Shown in pieces: positions 35,990 to 46,861 of a DNA stretch of 60,731 nt. The stretch comes from a virus. Lineage: Duplodnaviria; Caudoviricetes. The translations under genes and the position numbers were made by a program. The DNA is taken from positions 1-60,731 of IMG/VR virus record IMGVR_UViG_3300030061_001772; one strand, given 5' to 3'. How positions within the stretch are numbered: position 1 is the stretch's first letter; every line of letters starts with the position of its first letter. Under the pieces are notes generated by a model that ran no database searches, was not told the origin of the DNA, and saw nothing but the letters and a program-made list of their open reading frames with translations.

Positions 35990-38407
35990 TTAACGAGGAC
36001 CAAATGCTTCTAAACCAAAGGAACCATCAATAGTATCATTTCCTTGAGATTCAAAGTCTTTTGGTAACCCATCTTGTTGTCTTTGTTGTATCATTTCACT
36101 CTGTTGAGTGGCTTGCATTTTTGTTCTTTGATCTTTTCTGTTCTCAATTTCACTGATTTTATCACTCTCATTTTTGACTTTAGCTTTAGCCAACTGCATA
36201 TTGTACTGAAACTCAATTTCCATTAATTGCTGTTTTATTTGAGCTTCTGTCTGCATTCTTTGTATCTCAAATTGAGACTTACCTTGTTCTATTTGTAAAG
36301 AAGATTCTGTTAAAGCCTGTTGTTTTTGTACTTCAAACATTGCAGCTTTCTCTGCGGTTTCTTGATTAGCTTGAGCTTGAGCTTGAATATTTTGTTGTTG
36401 CAGTTGCTCCTCTCTAGCTTGTTTCTGCTTTCTTCTTTTCTTTAATAACTCATTAGCTAATTTAATATTATTTATATTTCTAATATCTATGGCATCTTCT
36501 AAATCTATTCCGCCTGCTCTTAAAGCTATTTGAATATTTTCTTCAAGTTTAGCTTTATCTTCATCATCTGGCTCTAATTCAATATATATACCAAAATCAT
36601 GAAGTTCTTTTGTCATTAACTCATCTAACGTTGCCGAATTAAAAGTTGTTATACTATCTTGCAAAGCAATTCTAGTTATAGGAAACATTAAAGAATCAGA
36701 TATTCTTCTTGATATATTTTCACAAGCTTTTAAAGTTAAGTACAAACTAGCTTGTAGTATGTGACGAGTAGCTGTGTTAGAGTTAGCAGCAGCTAGCTTT
36801 TGTAAACCAACTAATGAATCTCTATCTGGAAGTGATCCATCCCTAGCTTCGTTAAGGCCCGTAGTATCTCTAATCATTTGTAAATAGTACTGATAAGTCT
36901 GAATAAGACTTTGTATTTTAGCCCCACCACTGCTCGACTGTAGCTCTTGTATAGGAATTTTACCTCTATTGATTTCACCTTCTTGTGTTAATGATCTACC
37001 TATAACACTACCAGTTTGAAAATACATATTCAAAGCTTCGGCTGGATTATAATTTGTTCCATTACCTAAGTCAACTTCCGCTAAACCATCAACGTCCATA
37101 TAAACACCATCAGGAACCATTCTAGCAAGCACCTGTTGAATCTTTAAATGTGTAAGTTGAATCATATCCGCAAAACCAGTTATACGAGACACTAAAGATT
37201 CTATTCTACCTCTGTACATTTTAGGTGCACATAATTGGTAATTCATATTAACCTTAGGAGAGTTAGCAAGAGGTCTAGTCATATTAAACGCTTGTTGCCA
37301 CTCTAACATTATAGGATGTCCTAGTATTTTAGCTCCACTGTATAATACTTCTATTGTTCTTGAAACTCTTTTAAACGTATCTGATTCTGGTGGAAGAAAT
37401 GTATCTTCTTTTTCTAAAGCCTTTTCTAAGCCAACAGAAGTTTCTTTTATTTTAAATACTTGTTCAATAAAAGTTTTGTATTCAAAAAATAAAACTTGGA
37501 CAGTATTATCATCGTATCTGCCATTAAAGCTATTTAAATATTCAGAATTACCTTTGTATTTTTCTATCTGTTCTATCTCAGCTGGAGTTAGATTTGGAAA
37601 TTGTAGTTTTAATTGAGGGATAGTTAAATACTTTATTTCACCCACATAGTAAAGATCTTCAAAGTTTGGATCTTCAGTATAGGACCAAACCATATTTGCT
37701 GGATCGCAATAATCTACAACAACACCTTCAGATTTATTCCATGTGGTTTTTACAGCCGCAATACCTAATATTACTAAATCTTCATTTAATCTTTTTCTTG
37801 TTAAATCATATTTATTTTTAGCAAGAACTTGATCAATAACTTCTTCTTCTGCTATTTCTATAGATTGTTTATAGTTAAGCTGAAGATGCATAGGTAACTC
37901 ATCTGTAGACTCAGGAGTTTGTTGAGTTTTTTCAAAGTTTCTTAAATCCATTGAAGGAAACATTTGTTCTACAGCTTCATAGTATTTTTCAAGCATTATA
38001 TCTTGATAAAGCTTTTGAGCATAATCAGTTCTTTGTTTTCTAGACTCTGGATCTTGAGCCATAGTCTTAACATCATAAGTTCTTTGGGACATACCATTAA
38101 CTACAATGTCTACAAATTTAGGAATAACAGGTACAGGTTTCCAGTCTAGATTTAAATAAGATAAATCTCCATTAATAGCTAACTCATCTTTATATTTTTG
38201 AACTGGTTGTTCTGCTCTAGCATATAACCTTAAATTATGAAACCAAGTATAGTTATTATAAAACTGATAACCAGCACCTCTATAGTTTCTAAACCATTCT
38301 CCTTCTATAGCTCTAGCAACAGCTAAGCCATATTCTTCTGTATTTTTTTCTGCGACTGGCACGGTTTGATCAGGGAAAATACTATTGCTATTAGTGTATA
38401 TCTGCAT
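35990..38407 (-). CDS. Portal protein
   Basis: 805 aa; LDWKPVPVIPKFVDIVVNG and TGLNEARDG; Gln-rich C-terminal coil; follows terminase. Confidence 0.85.
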   Translation of the reverse strand: MQIYTNSNSIFPDQTVPVAEKNTEEYGLAVARAIEGEWFRNYRGAGYQFYNNYTWFHNLRLYARAEQPVQKYKDELAINGDLSYLNLDWKPVPVIPKFVDIVVNGMSQRTYDVKTMAQDPESRKQRTDYAQKLYQDIMLEKYYEAVEQMFPSMDLRNFEKTQQTPESTDELPMHLQLNYKQSIEIAEEEVIDQVLAKNKYDLTRKRLNEDLVILGIAAVKTTWNKSEGVVVDYCDPANMVWSYTEDPNFEDLYYVGEIKYLTIPQLKLQFPNLTPAEIEQIEKYKGNSEYLNSFNGRYDDNTVQVLFFEYKTFIEQVFKIKETSVGLEKALEKEDTFLPPESDTFKRVSRTIEVLYSGAKILGHPIMLEWQQAFNMTRPLANSPKVNMNYQLCAPKMYRGRIESLVSRITGFADMIQLTHLKIQQVLARMVPDGVYMDVDGLAEVDLGNGTNYNPAEALNMYFQTGSVIGRSLTQEGEINRGKIPIQELQSSSGGAKIQSLIQTYQYYLQMIRDTTGLNEARDGSLPDRDSLVGLQKLAAANSNTATRHILQASLYLTLKACENISRRISDSLMFPITRIALQDSITTFNSATLDELMTKELHDFGIYIELEPDDEDKAKLEENIQIALRAGGIDLEDAIDIRNINNIKLANELLKKRRKQKQAREEQLQQQNIQAQAQANQETAEKAAMFEVQKQQALTESSLQIEQGKSQFEIQRMQTEAQIKQQLMEIEFQYNMQLAKAKVKNESDKISEIENRKDQRTKMQATQQSEMIQQRQQDGLPKDFESQGNDTIDGSFGLEAFGPR

Positions 38408-38411
38408 TTAT

Positions 38412-40637
38412 CTATATATTAATTTTTGAAATATATCCAGTGTTGTCATAAGTCTTCATGCCTAAATTGAATTTTTTAATTGTGTTTAAAGAGTTAGGTC
38501 TATATCTATTTTTATTACATGCCATAATAGCAAGTCCAGAACTTATAGTAGCATCATGCTTTGTTCTATTATTGATATCAAAAGTAGCCCAATCTTCTAA
38601 AGTTTTTTGGAAATACATATCTCCATGATCCCCATCAAGTGATCCTACGTACTCATTTATATAGGTTTCAATAGCAGCTGCGTGAGCTTGCTTAATATCT
38701 TGACTAGAGTTAGGTATGCCACCTATTTCTCTTTCAGTTATAGAAAGCTTATTCCAAAGCTTATCAGGTCTATTCATGCTAAAACCTCTATAACCTCTTC
38801 TTTTAAAATGATAAAGTAATCTTGGCTTATTGTTTTCAGCTAAAATTGGCATACTGTAAAATACACAAGCCATTAACACATCTTCAAAAAACATCTCTGC
38901 TGTCTGCGGTCTTGCTATATATTCCAAAAAAAAGTGATTAGGTGGAGCATCTTCCATGGAAAATTTGGTCAATCCGTGAAGTGACCCTTTAGACCCGCGG
39001 CCATCGACAGTACCACTAATATCATAAGAGTCACAACCAAATGCTCCGACATGACTATTTCTAGGGTATTTAGATCCATTTTTTTCTATAATTTTATTTT
39101 GTAATTCAATTGGAGGAACCCAAGAAACTGTAAACCTACCATTTGGATTAGGCATAAATATAACCTCTGTATCTACTATTCCATTTCTCCATTGAAAATT
39201 ACCTACAGTTACATTGTTTATTGAGTTAGAATACTCGTTATAATCAATTTGTTGATATATTTTAGTAAGGTTAAATAAACTATTTGTAGCTTCGTCTCTA
39301 AAAGCATGAGCTTCAGTACGTGGAAACTGCCTGTAATATTCATTTAAACTATCTTGATCTTCTTTTAATCCATCTACCTCATTGTCCCAATGTTCTATTA
39401 CTCCGATTGTAATTGGGATACCATCAATTCCGACTGTTCTATCTTTCGGCGTAGTGAATACAGGTAGTCCAAAAGTATCCATGAATCCTTCGTAGTTCCA
39501 TTCCATAGGGATGAAAAGAGAATACAGTCCGCTACTTGTTTGTCCGTTTCTATTTCTTTTTGTAACGTCTGAATTATAGTAGAGTTTTTTAAAGTTGTTT
39601 CCACCTTTGTCTAATGCGTTTGAAGTTGAGCCCATCATACATTTACCTACGATTCTACGTCCTAGTCTTAATGTAGTTTTAGTAACTCTCCAGTTATTTA
39701 ATATATTGTCAGGTCTTTCCCATTTACCACTTTCATCGTGAGCTAATATCTTTAATTTTTCACCATCATAAGAGTTATCGCCTGTGTTTTTCCAGTCTAT
39801 CGTTGTGTCTAAACCTTCTAATTCTTTTAACTTAACGTTATCGTCTAATTTACGTCTAGTAAGTTTTGAAGCTGGGACTCTATATGCCAGTTCGGTCTTA
39901 GGACGATCCATACCATCCTGGATCGGTTTGAAGAAAAACGGATAGTTAACGGATATCGGGACAACTTTATCTGTGAACATTTTTTTAGCATCTGCTCCAG
40001 TTTTTGAAAGGATGCCGAATCTGGCGTCACTAGATATTGTGGCTTGGTTGACAAGTTCAGCTGAGGACATAAAAGAAAATCCAGACCGTCTGTTTTTAAG
40101 ATAGCACATTCCATAACATCTATCATCTGCCTTGCATGCCTCCCAAAATATAAAGAAGAGTCTGTTTGCTTCTCTATAGTCGGCTGCTCCAACATCAATT
40201 TTTGACCACTGCAAATACATGTAATGAGCACCAGTGATGTAAGTAGGCTTACCGTTATTAAAAAACCAGTAGCCATCTGACCTACGTTTAAATTCTTCAT
40301 CTATATAGTCGTACCATTTTTCTTTAAAGTCTGAGGGATAATCCTCCCAATCAAATCTAGTTTTAATTCTAGCTAATTCTTTAGGATATTCTTGTTTTTC
40401 CCAGTATTGCTCCGCTTTTGTTTCGCTTCGTTTAAAAGGTTTGTCTGCTTTTGGTAAAGCAATACGGAGGTTTTGAATTTCAATGATCTGTCCAATTTGT
40501 CCAGTTTTACTAATTACTATAAAGTCATAGTCGGCATTATAACCATACTCCCATTTTTTATACCTATTTTGCTTAGATAAAATCTTAGTATTTACAATAT
40601 CTTTTACTTCTTTCCAAAGTGATTGATCGTAACTCAT
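38412..40637 (-). CDS. terL: Terminase large subunit
   Basis: LKNRRSGFS (Walker A-like), HDESGKW (Walker B), nuclease GCDSYD and HDATISSGLA. Confidence 0.9.
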   Translation of the reverse strand: MSYDQSLWKEVKDIVNTKILSKQNRYKKWEYGYNADYDFIVISKTGQIGQIIEIQNLRIALPKADKPFKRSETKAEQYWEKQEYPKELARIKTRFDWEDYPSDFKEKWYDYIDEEFKRRSDGYWFFNNGKPTYITGAHYMYLQWSKIDVGAADYREANRLFFIFWEACKADDRCYGMCYLKNRRSGFSFMSSAELVNQATISSDARFGILSKTGADAKKMFTDKVVPISVNYPFFFKPIQDGMDRPKTELAYRVPASKLTRRKLDDNVKLKELEGLDTTIDWKNTGDNSYDGEKLKILAHDESGKWERPDNILNNWRVTKTTLRLGRRIVGKCMMGSTSNALDKGGNNFKKLYYNSDVTKRNRNGQTSSGLYSLFIPMEWNYEGFMDTFGLPVFTTPKDRTVGIDGIPITIGVIEHWDNEVDGLKEDQDSLNEYYRQFPRTEAHAFRDEATNSLFNLTKIYQQIDYNEYSNSINNVTVGNFQWRNGIVDTEVIFMPNPNGRFTVSWVPPIELQNKIIEKNGSKYPRNSHVGAFGCDSYDISGTVDGRGSKGSLHGLTKFSMEDAPPNHFFLEYIARPQTAEMFFEDVLMACVFYSMPILAENNKPRLLYHFKRRGYRGFSMNRPDKLWNKLSITEREIGGIPNSSQDIKQAHAAAIETYINEYVGSLDGDHGDMYFQKTLEDWATFDINNRTKHDATISSGLAIMACNKNRYRPNSLNTIKKFNLGMKTYDNTGYISKINI

Positions 40638-40906
40638 TTACTTCTCCCTTCAGCAAACTTAAAAACTCTTTCTTCTTTCTTCTCTTTAGGTTTGTCACTT
40701 AATCTTTCCTCTTCTTCTTGAATACGTGTTAGTATTTCAAAAGCATCAAATATAGCTAATTTTTTAGTAGCGGCAGCATTCTTAAGTCTGTCAGCACTTA
40801 CATCATCGTCTGAGTCTACGATCTTTTCTTTTGCCACCTTAATTAGTTCTTCAACTGCTGCTTGCCCAGCTTGGATTATTTTCTTCTTCGTTTCCTTCGT
40901 GTTCAT
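40634..40906 (-). CDS. Putative terminase small subunit / helical protein
   Basis: DRLKNAAATKKLAIFDAFEIL; immediately upstream of TerL. Confidence 0.55.
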   Translation of the reverse strand: MNTKETKKKIIQAGQAAVEELIKVAKEKIVDSDDDVSADRLKNAAATKKLAIFDAFEILTRIQEEEERLSDKPKEKKEERVFKFAEGRSK

Positions 40907-41444
40907 GTGTTATAGCTATATCATTAGATTTCATACAATAAAGACGTTCACCTTCTATAACAAACTCAAATTCAGAGTCTGGGGTAAACACAACAAGCGC
41001 TCCAGGTCTTAACCCTACGGCTTCTAAAGAGTTATTAGAATATTTTAATATACCAAAGTAATCTTTCTCTTTCTTGTTGTATAAGTCTTTTATTTCTTTA
41101 ATAGGTTTAACAAAGCAATAGTCTAAATGACATTTGTTATTATACATATATATCTGATCCAGACTGCAGAAGTATAAATCATCTTTAAAATAAGTTGAAC
41201 TATTTCTTTCCTTACCTTTTTGATCATACCATCTTCTAAATAAATTGTGATGAACATATACTTTGTCATTAGGTCTTATATCTGTATCAAAAGCTTGTGG
41301 AGTAGAAACTACAATTGCTTGTTTGCTTACAAACTTATGATCCTCTATAGAAGTGTTAATGATAAGTTCTTTACCATGGACACTTCTTACATTATCATAC
41401 CTTTTGTCATAAGGTTTAATAATGAAATTATACAAGCTTTTCAT
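40851..41444 (-). CDS. Tandem GroES-like domain protein
   Basis: Two FxxKP...G/A.V...G/D.V...(F/Y) units of the GroES fold pattern. Confidence 0.5.
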   Translation of the reverse strand: MKSLYNFIIKPYDKRYDNVRSVHGKELIINTSIEDHKFVSKQAIVVSTPQAFDTDIRPNDKVYVHHNLFRRWYDQKGKERNSSTYFKDDLYFCSLDQIYMYNNKCHLDYCFVKPIKEIKDLYNKKEKDYFGILKYSNNSLEAVGLRPGALVVFTPDSEFEFVIEGERLYCMKSNDIAITHEHEGNEEENNPSWASSS

Positions 41445-41671
41445 TAATACTTTAAATCAAACTCTACCGCTATAGCCATATTTTTATTGAATTTTTTCCA
41501 AGGTAAAACCTCCTTGTTTTTCTCAATATAAATAGAATACTCTCCAAGTAATTCGTCTTTTAATATAGTGCATATAGTGTGACCACCGTAAACTTCTTGA
41601 CCAACCGAATAATGCATTGCATCATTTTTATAATCAGAACCTATACTTATCTTTCTTATTATACTAGACAT
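41444..41671 (-). CDS. Hypothetical protein
   Basis: IRKISIGSDYKNDAMHYSVGQEVYGGH; coupled to neighbours. Confidence 0.75.
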   Translation of the reverse strand: MSSIIRKISIGSDYKNDAMHYSVGQEVYGGHTICTILKDELLGEYSIYIEKNKEVLPWKKFNKNMAIAVEFDLKY

Positions 41672-41918
41672 TTTCAGCTTCTAACTCTTCAACTTCTTTT
41701 TCTATTTCAGTATATTCTCCAGTTTCCATGTCTATATTGACATCGCCGTATTCTGATTGAAGTTCTTTCTTGTAGTTTTCTAAAAGTTCATTAAGTCTGG
41801 CTACTTCGTGTAGTAATGAATGTTTTTTAGTTTCCACTATACCTATATCAAAAACTACTTTATCTATAGTTGTATAGTATTCTTTTACTTGTTTTAATTG
41901 TTCTTCTTTAATTTTCAT
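41664..41918 (-). CDS. Hypothetical protein
   Basis: Coiled coil followed by YGDVNIDMETGEY. Confidence 0.75.
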   Translation of the reverse strand: MKIKEEQLKQVKEYYTTIDKVVFDIGIVETKKHSLLHEVARLNELLENYKKELQSEYGDVNIDMETGEYTEIEKEVEELEAENV

Positions 41919-41954
41919 TTAATTTAATTTAATTGTACTTGTAATTGTTTATTT

Positions 41955-41965
41955 ATAATCACTTG
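41955..41965 (-). promoter_or_regulatory. Putative late promoter motif CAAGTGATTAT
   Basis: Intergenic copy upstream of the packaging/head operon. Confidence 0.5.
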
Positions 41966-41969
41966 TTAT

Positions 41970-42182
41970 TTATATTATTTCTGGAGGACTTGGAGGAGTT
42001 ATGCCATATGACAGTAATTCTTCGCTCCATTGATCATAGTCAGTTGTTATGTCTATTGACCATTTACAAAATAATTGCTCTTTAGGCATTACGAAATCGT
42101 AAAAATTAACTTCAGTTTTACTATCATTTGTAAAAGATATCCAATATGTTGGAACGCTAGGGTTTACTATAGGATTATTCAT
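41970..42182 (-). CDS. Hypothetical protein
   Basis: 70-aa ORF after the BspA-like gene. Confidence 0.65.
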   Translation of the reverse strand: MNNPIVNPSVPTYWISFTNDSKTEVNFYDFVMPKEQLFCKWSIDITTDYDQWSEELLSYGITPPSPPEII

Positions 42183-42183
42183 A

Positions 42184-44316
42184 TTATTGTATTATAATTT
42201 CTACTTCTACGTAGTATCCATCAGCTAAAGTATATCTAACTGTATATGTACCAGCAGTAGCAGCCGACGCATCTATAGAGCCAGTGCTAGAGTTAATGTG
42301 ATTGTTTAAATCTCCTGTAGCTGTGAAAGTTCCACCTGAAGTAACTATAGTAGCATTTAAAGTTGGATATACGCTAGGATCAACATCATAAACAGGATAT
42401 GTAAATGGCATAGGAGAATCTGTAGCTGAAACAGTTACTGTCCATCCTAAGGTGTTTACTAAGTAATCTAAGTCTGCTCTAACTAAACTAGGAGCTTCAG
42501 TTATCATAGAATCACCAATTTTAACATTTAATGCCGTGCCTGTAGCTCTGGTATCTCGCCAAGCTCTTATAAAGTTATTTGCTTGACCATTTACAAAAGG
42601 AGTTTCATTAGTTATAGAACTATCCATTCCTACAAACATATTCACCGCAGTTGTTACATTTCCAAAATCTAAATTAGTTGGAAATTCTACTCTAATATTT
42701 CTCCAACTAGGAACAGCTGTATCTGTAGGTTTTTCACCAGCATAATAAAACGTATTGGAAAAACTAGTAGTATTACTAAAATCCCAAGCGCTAGTAAACT
42801 CATATTCATTAATTCTAGCCGAACTAAAAGCTTGCTGCATAGAAGATGGTCTTGCTCCATTAACGTTGTTAAATACCATCTTGTCAACAGTACCTATAAT
42901 ATTTATACCATTCATGAAATTATTATAAGGAACAGTAGCTGTTGGAAAAGTCATAGTACTAAAGTCAGGAATTGAGTTGAAATAACAACCATGCAGAAAA
43001 GAAGCCATACTACCACCTGAACTTAAATTCCAATTTGTTAAATTAGGTGGGTCACCTATTTCAGATGTAGATCCACCGTCTGCAATTATGGTTGAGCCAA
43101 TGTAAGCAAATGTGGTATTAGTGTTTGTAGCGTTTAAAAGATTCGTTCCAAAGTTATCATTAAAATTATAATTAGCGTCACCAGCAAGGAATCTAAAATA
43201 TGTAGCTCCAACGAACATTGCTGCTACCGTAAATACTGAAGTGCTAGATGTCCAGTCATTTAAACCTTTAACACTGTGTACACTAGAATAATAAAACATA
43301 CTATCATATCTAGTTACGCTACTTGTGTTTAATCCCGTTGTGTCAATTATAGGTTTAATTGCTTGTCTATATCCACCAAAACCTGAAAACCATTGTTGTA
43401 GACTTCCACCATTGAAAGTTGTCCATCCACTCATTTTCAATATAGGATTTGTTAATGAACCAGCCATTTTAGCACCGTTAAACCAATTAGCTGTACTACT
43501 AATATAAGTGCTTGGAAATATCCAATTACTAAAGTCACTTTCTTCATTTATTAACGCACCACTAAACGTGCCAGCCCATTGAGACCCAGATCCAGAACTC
43601 CAGTCTACACCTTCCATTTCAAATTTACATCCACCAGGTACAGCTGTTCCTACTTGTGCAAACGTATAGTTTATAGCAACTGCTTTAGCTGCTTTAGGCC
43701 ATTTTATTTTAGCTATTTTTGCACATTGAAAGAATGTATAATAAAAAGTATCACCAGTTGTTGTAACCATGTCCCAGTTACTAGCATCTACTTCTGTTAA
43801 TTCCAAGCATTGATTGAAAGCGCTGTTAAAAAAAGTATTTGGAGAATTATCTGCTTTTATTAGTCTAGAACCAGAATCAGGTAATTTTTTTAAACCCGTA
43901 TTTCCACCAGATACATAGAAATATGGAATTTTATACCAAGAATTATCACCCCAAGATATAACTTCAGTAATTAAATTAAAACCTGTGTCAATATTCTGAA
44001 AAATATCTATTGGTAAAGATGTTACCTCTTTATTTATAGTAACTATATATGTACCAGCAGAGGTATATGTGTGAGAGAACGAAATTGGGCCACCTTGCCC
44101 TGTAACGTTTTCTTCTGTACCATCTCCCCAGTCTATAACAGAATCATAAAATAGATTTGTACTTCTACCTGCTCTAAAGCCAAAGTCTAAGTTTCCTTCT
44201 GTAGGTTCAAGTTTAAATTGAAACCCATAAGAATAACCACCACTAGGGTATCCAGGTCTTGAAGGTCCAGGTAGGTTAGCTAAATCAGGAATTGGTAATC
44301 CTACACCTATAAACAT
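42184..44316 (-). CDS. PKD domain plus BspA/DUF285-like repeat protein
   Basis: IDWGDG...HTYTSAGTYIVTI (PKD); repeats such as LNTSSVTRYDSMFY, WDFSNTTSFSNTFY and LDFGNVTTAVNMF. Confidence 0.75.
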   Translation of the reverse strand: MFIGVGLPIPDLANLPGPSRPGYPSGGYSYGFQFKLEPTEGNLDFGFRAGRSTNLFYDSVIDWGDGTEENVTGQGGPISFSHTYTSAGTYIVTINKEVTSLPIDIFQNIDTGFNLITEVISWGDNSWYKIPYFYVSGGNTGLKKLPDSGSRLIKADNSPNTFFNSAFNQCLELTEVDASNWDMVTTTGDTFYYTFFQCAKIAKIKWPKAAKAVAINYTFAQVGTAVPGGCKFEMEGVDWSSGSGSQWAGTFSGALINEESDFSNWIFPSTYISSTANWFNGAKMAGSLTNPILKMSGWTTFNGGSLQQWFSGFGGYRQAIKPIIDTTGLNTSSVTRYDSMFYYSSVHSVKGLNDWTSSTSVFTVAAMFVGATYFRFLAGDANYNFNDNFGTNLLNATNTNTTFAYIGSTIIADGGSTSEIGDPPNLTNWNLSSGGSMASFLHGCYFNSIPDFSTMTFPTATVPYNNFMNGINIIGTVDKMVFNNVNGARPSSMQQAFSSARINEYEFTSAWDFSNTTSFSNTFYYAGEKPTDTAVPSWRNIRVEFPTNLDFGNVTTAVNMFVGMDSSITNETPFVNGQANNFIRAWRDTRATGTALNVKIGDSMITEAPSLVRADLDYLVNTLGWTVTVSATDSPMPFTYPVYDVDPSVYPTLNATIVTSGGTFTATGDLNNHINSSTGSIDASAATAGTYTVRYTLADGYYVEVEIIIQ

Positions 44317-44319
44317 ACC

Positions 44320-44718
44320 TTAAAATATAGCTAATATTCTATTATCTACTTCACTAGCCGTGTAAGCTGAAGAATCTGTTTTAGTAACCTTAAAAACTTT
44401 AGTAACAAGCACTGGTAAAAAAGATCCTGCAGTAACTCCATAGAAGGTTATTGCATCAGCTATTAAAGTGTTAGGATCTTGGTTTTCCATTACAACTGTA
44501 ATATCACAAGCAACTCCTACATACAGACAAGCTCCTCTTCTTAGTGTTGAAACTGTATCCCCTGTACTAGGTGTACCCGTAGTAACCACTTGTTGCCCAT
44601 CAAAAGGAGAAACTATTTTAACTCCAGCAATTGGAGTAGCGCTATGAGCAAACACTCTTGGTTGAGATGCTTCATTGCCTTCTAGTCCGGCTATATCTAT
44701 TTCCGTATATTCTGCCAT
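44320..44718 (-). CDS. Putative structural protein (spike-base-like)
   Basis: LYVGVACDITV...TFYGVTAGSFLPVLVTKV pattern. Confidence 0.55.
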   Translation of the reverse strand: MAEYTEIDIAGLEGNEASQPRVFAHSATPIAGVKIVSPFDGQQVVTTGTPSTGDTVSTLRRGACLYVGVACDITVVMENQDPNTLIADAITFYGVTAGSFLPVLVTKVFKVTKTDSSAYTASEVDNRILAIF

Positions 44719-44721
44719 TTT

Positions 44722-45174
44722 TTATTTTTTAATTTTTGTTATTTTCTCTGCGCCTCTAGATCCAAAGTACGCTACATATACTGTGATTAGTAAAGCTTCT
44801 AATAATGAAACCCAACCATCTTTAATCTCTAATAATATAGTAGAATCTAATACTATAAATATCGTCATTGCTAAAGTTAAAAATATAAGTGTCATAGGTC
44901 TAGTGTTTTTACTAAGCCATGAATCACTTTTCATATCACTAGCCCATCTACTCGAGATGTTATTCATTTCTGCTATATCTTGATCTAAAAGCTTTAAAGC
45001 CATTTCTTTATCTTCAGGCCCAATACTAGAATCACTTGATATAAGATTTTTTACTATACCTAAACCTCCTTGGTCAGGTAAAAATTCACCTACTGTATTT
45101 AAAATACCTGGGGCTTTTTCTTTTAGAAATTTCCCAACTTTAGTTTCTTTAAATTTTTTCTTTGGCTTGCTCAC
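44722..45174 (-). CDS. Holin-like membrane protein
   Basis: RWASDMKSDSWLSKNTRP, two TM helices and AYFGSRGAEK. Confidence 0.7.
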   Translation of the reverse strand: MSKPKKKFKETKVGKFLKEKAPGILNTVGEFLPDQGGLGIVKNLISSDSSIGPEDKEMALKLLDQDIAEMNNISSRWASDMKSDSWLSKNTRPMTLIFLTLAMTIFIVLDSTILLEIKDGWVSLLEALLITVYVAYFGSRGAEKITKIKK

Positions 45175-46853
45175 TTTTTGTAGAATTTACCTAACACTTT
45201 ACTATTTAATCTTTTCTGAAGTTTCTGATATTTTTTCTGATTAGTATTAGCTAGCTCATTATGTTTACCTATTGGAGCTCCTGTGCCAAAAGCTTCGTTT
45301 TTGTTAACATTAAATCGTGCGGTATATCCATCAGCACCTGTCAAAGTGTTTTGACCTATGCCTTGATTCATATGCTGCGTGTTGAAATCCGCTTGATTTT
45401 TATTAAATTTCCTCACATTAAATTCTTGAGATTTTCTAAATCTATCTGCTGTTTTCTTCTCACCATCAACTAAATAATTAAAATCCTTTTTGTGAAGTAC
45501 TTTTTGTTCGTCTTGCTTCATTTTCAGCGATTGTTTCTCTGGAGTTCTGCCTACTTTTTTATTTTCACCTCTTTTAATTTCATTTTTAGCTGCACGTCTA
45601 GTACTATATAGCTTGTTATTACCAGCGAAGGATTTTGCATTTCTTTCTAGCCTAGTATTACCTATTACGCCATCCATGTCTAAATCTACAGCTCCTTTAA
45701 GCTTTTCAACTTTATTTCTTTTTGTCTTTCCTCTACCACCTTTTTTTAAAGAATTTATTCCTCCTTTAAAACCAGTATCGCCCTTTGAAATTTTTATAGG
45801 AGAAGTTGTTCTTTCAACTTGAAGCTTTGAGTAAGAGTCCTTACCACTTACAGGGTTATATTCAAACTCTGGCGCTACTTTTGTAACACCAGTAATATTT
45901 GGTTGATTACTTTGGCCAATGCCTCTAAAGACTGAATTTTGCAAGGTTGAGCCAGCTACTCCTGTAAGCATTCTCCCACCATCATTAGAAGATAGATCAT
46001 AATCTCTAGTTGAGTGAGAACCAACTTTAACTGGAGAATATTTTGAGTTTTGAGCGGCTGCTGTCATCGCATCTGAATCTTCAAAACCAGTAGCCCCACT
46101 AACAAAATCAAAAACCCTACCTCTTCCCTGTGAATCAACTTTACCCATTTGAGTAACATTGTTCATAGAGCCCATTTGACTTCTTAACTCTTTGTTGCTT
46201 ACATTAGTATTAACCGCACCACCTGTTCTTGTGTCTATAACTGTACTAGCTCTTTGACCTGACCTTGGGTTAAAAGGATTTCCTGTAGTTGTAAATGAAC
46301 CTGAAGAAGTGTTAGCTCTTTGTGCTCCACTAGCAACCTCAGCAAGTGTAGGTGTAGCACTAGTCCAATCACCCGTAATTGAACCTATTAATTGATCACC
46401 TCCAGAAAAATTAGCTTGCGCTCTAGTAGTAGGTGCGTTTAATAATTGAGTAGGTGTATTAAGTTCGTCTCTCCCAGACTGAGTTACAGTGTTTAGTGCA
46501 GCTCGCTGGCCTGCTTCATAAGCTGATTTGCTAGTATAGTTATTACCCAACGCATCTCTATAAGCAGAACTACCTGCCATGCGTTGTTGCATCGTGTTAT
46601 TAACATCTCGATTAAAGGTGGTTGAAGATTGGATTGGTAAGCTTTTTAATTCTAAAGCTTTATTTTCTGGATCTTGGCCTTGAAAGATTTGTATTTTCCC
46701 TGTTGACGCTTTAGATTTGTATTCACCATCTTCATCTGCTTCTTCAACTTTTTTCTTTGTTCTTCCTTTAAGTCTGTGTTTACTTTTACTGTCGTAAGTT
46801 GCTGGATTAACTGGAGCGTTAGGATTTAATTTTTTCTTTTTTTTACGGGCCAT
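45171..46853 (-). CDS. Hypothetical low-complexity protein
   Basis: 560-aa ORF with basic termini and a Ser/Thr/Gly-rich middle. Confidence 0.75.
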   Translation of the reverse strand: MARKKKKKLNPNAPVNPATYDSKSKHRLKGRTKKKVEEADEDGEYKSKASTGKIQIFQGQDPENKALELKSLPIQSSTTFNRDVNNTMQQRMAGSSAYRDALGNNYTSKSAYEAGQRAALNTVTQSGRDELNTPTQLLNAPTTRAQANFSGGDQLIGSITGDWTSATPTLAEVASGAQRANTSSGSFTTTGNPFNPRSGQRASTVIDTRTGGAVNTNVSNKELRSQMGSMNNVTQMGKVDSQGRGRVFDFVSGATGFEDSDAMTAAAQNSKYSPVKVGSHSTRDYDLSSNDGGRMLTGVAGSTLQNSVFRGIGQSNQPNITGVTKVAPEFEYNPVSGKDSYSKLQVERTTSPIKISKGDTGFKGGINSLKKGGRGKTKRNKVEKLKGAVDLDMDGVIGNTRLERNAKSFAGNNKLYSTRRAAKNEIKRGENKKVGRTPEKQSLKMKQDEQKVLHKKDFNYLVDGEKKTADRFRKSQEFNVRKFNKNQADFNTQHMNQGIGQNTLTGADGYTARFNVNKNEAFGTGAPIGKHNELANTNQKKYQKLQKRLNSKVLGKFYKK

Positions 46854-46861
46854 TGTTATTT

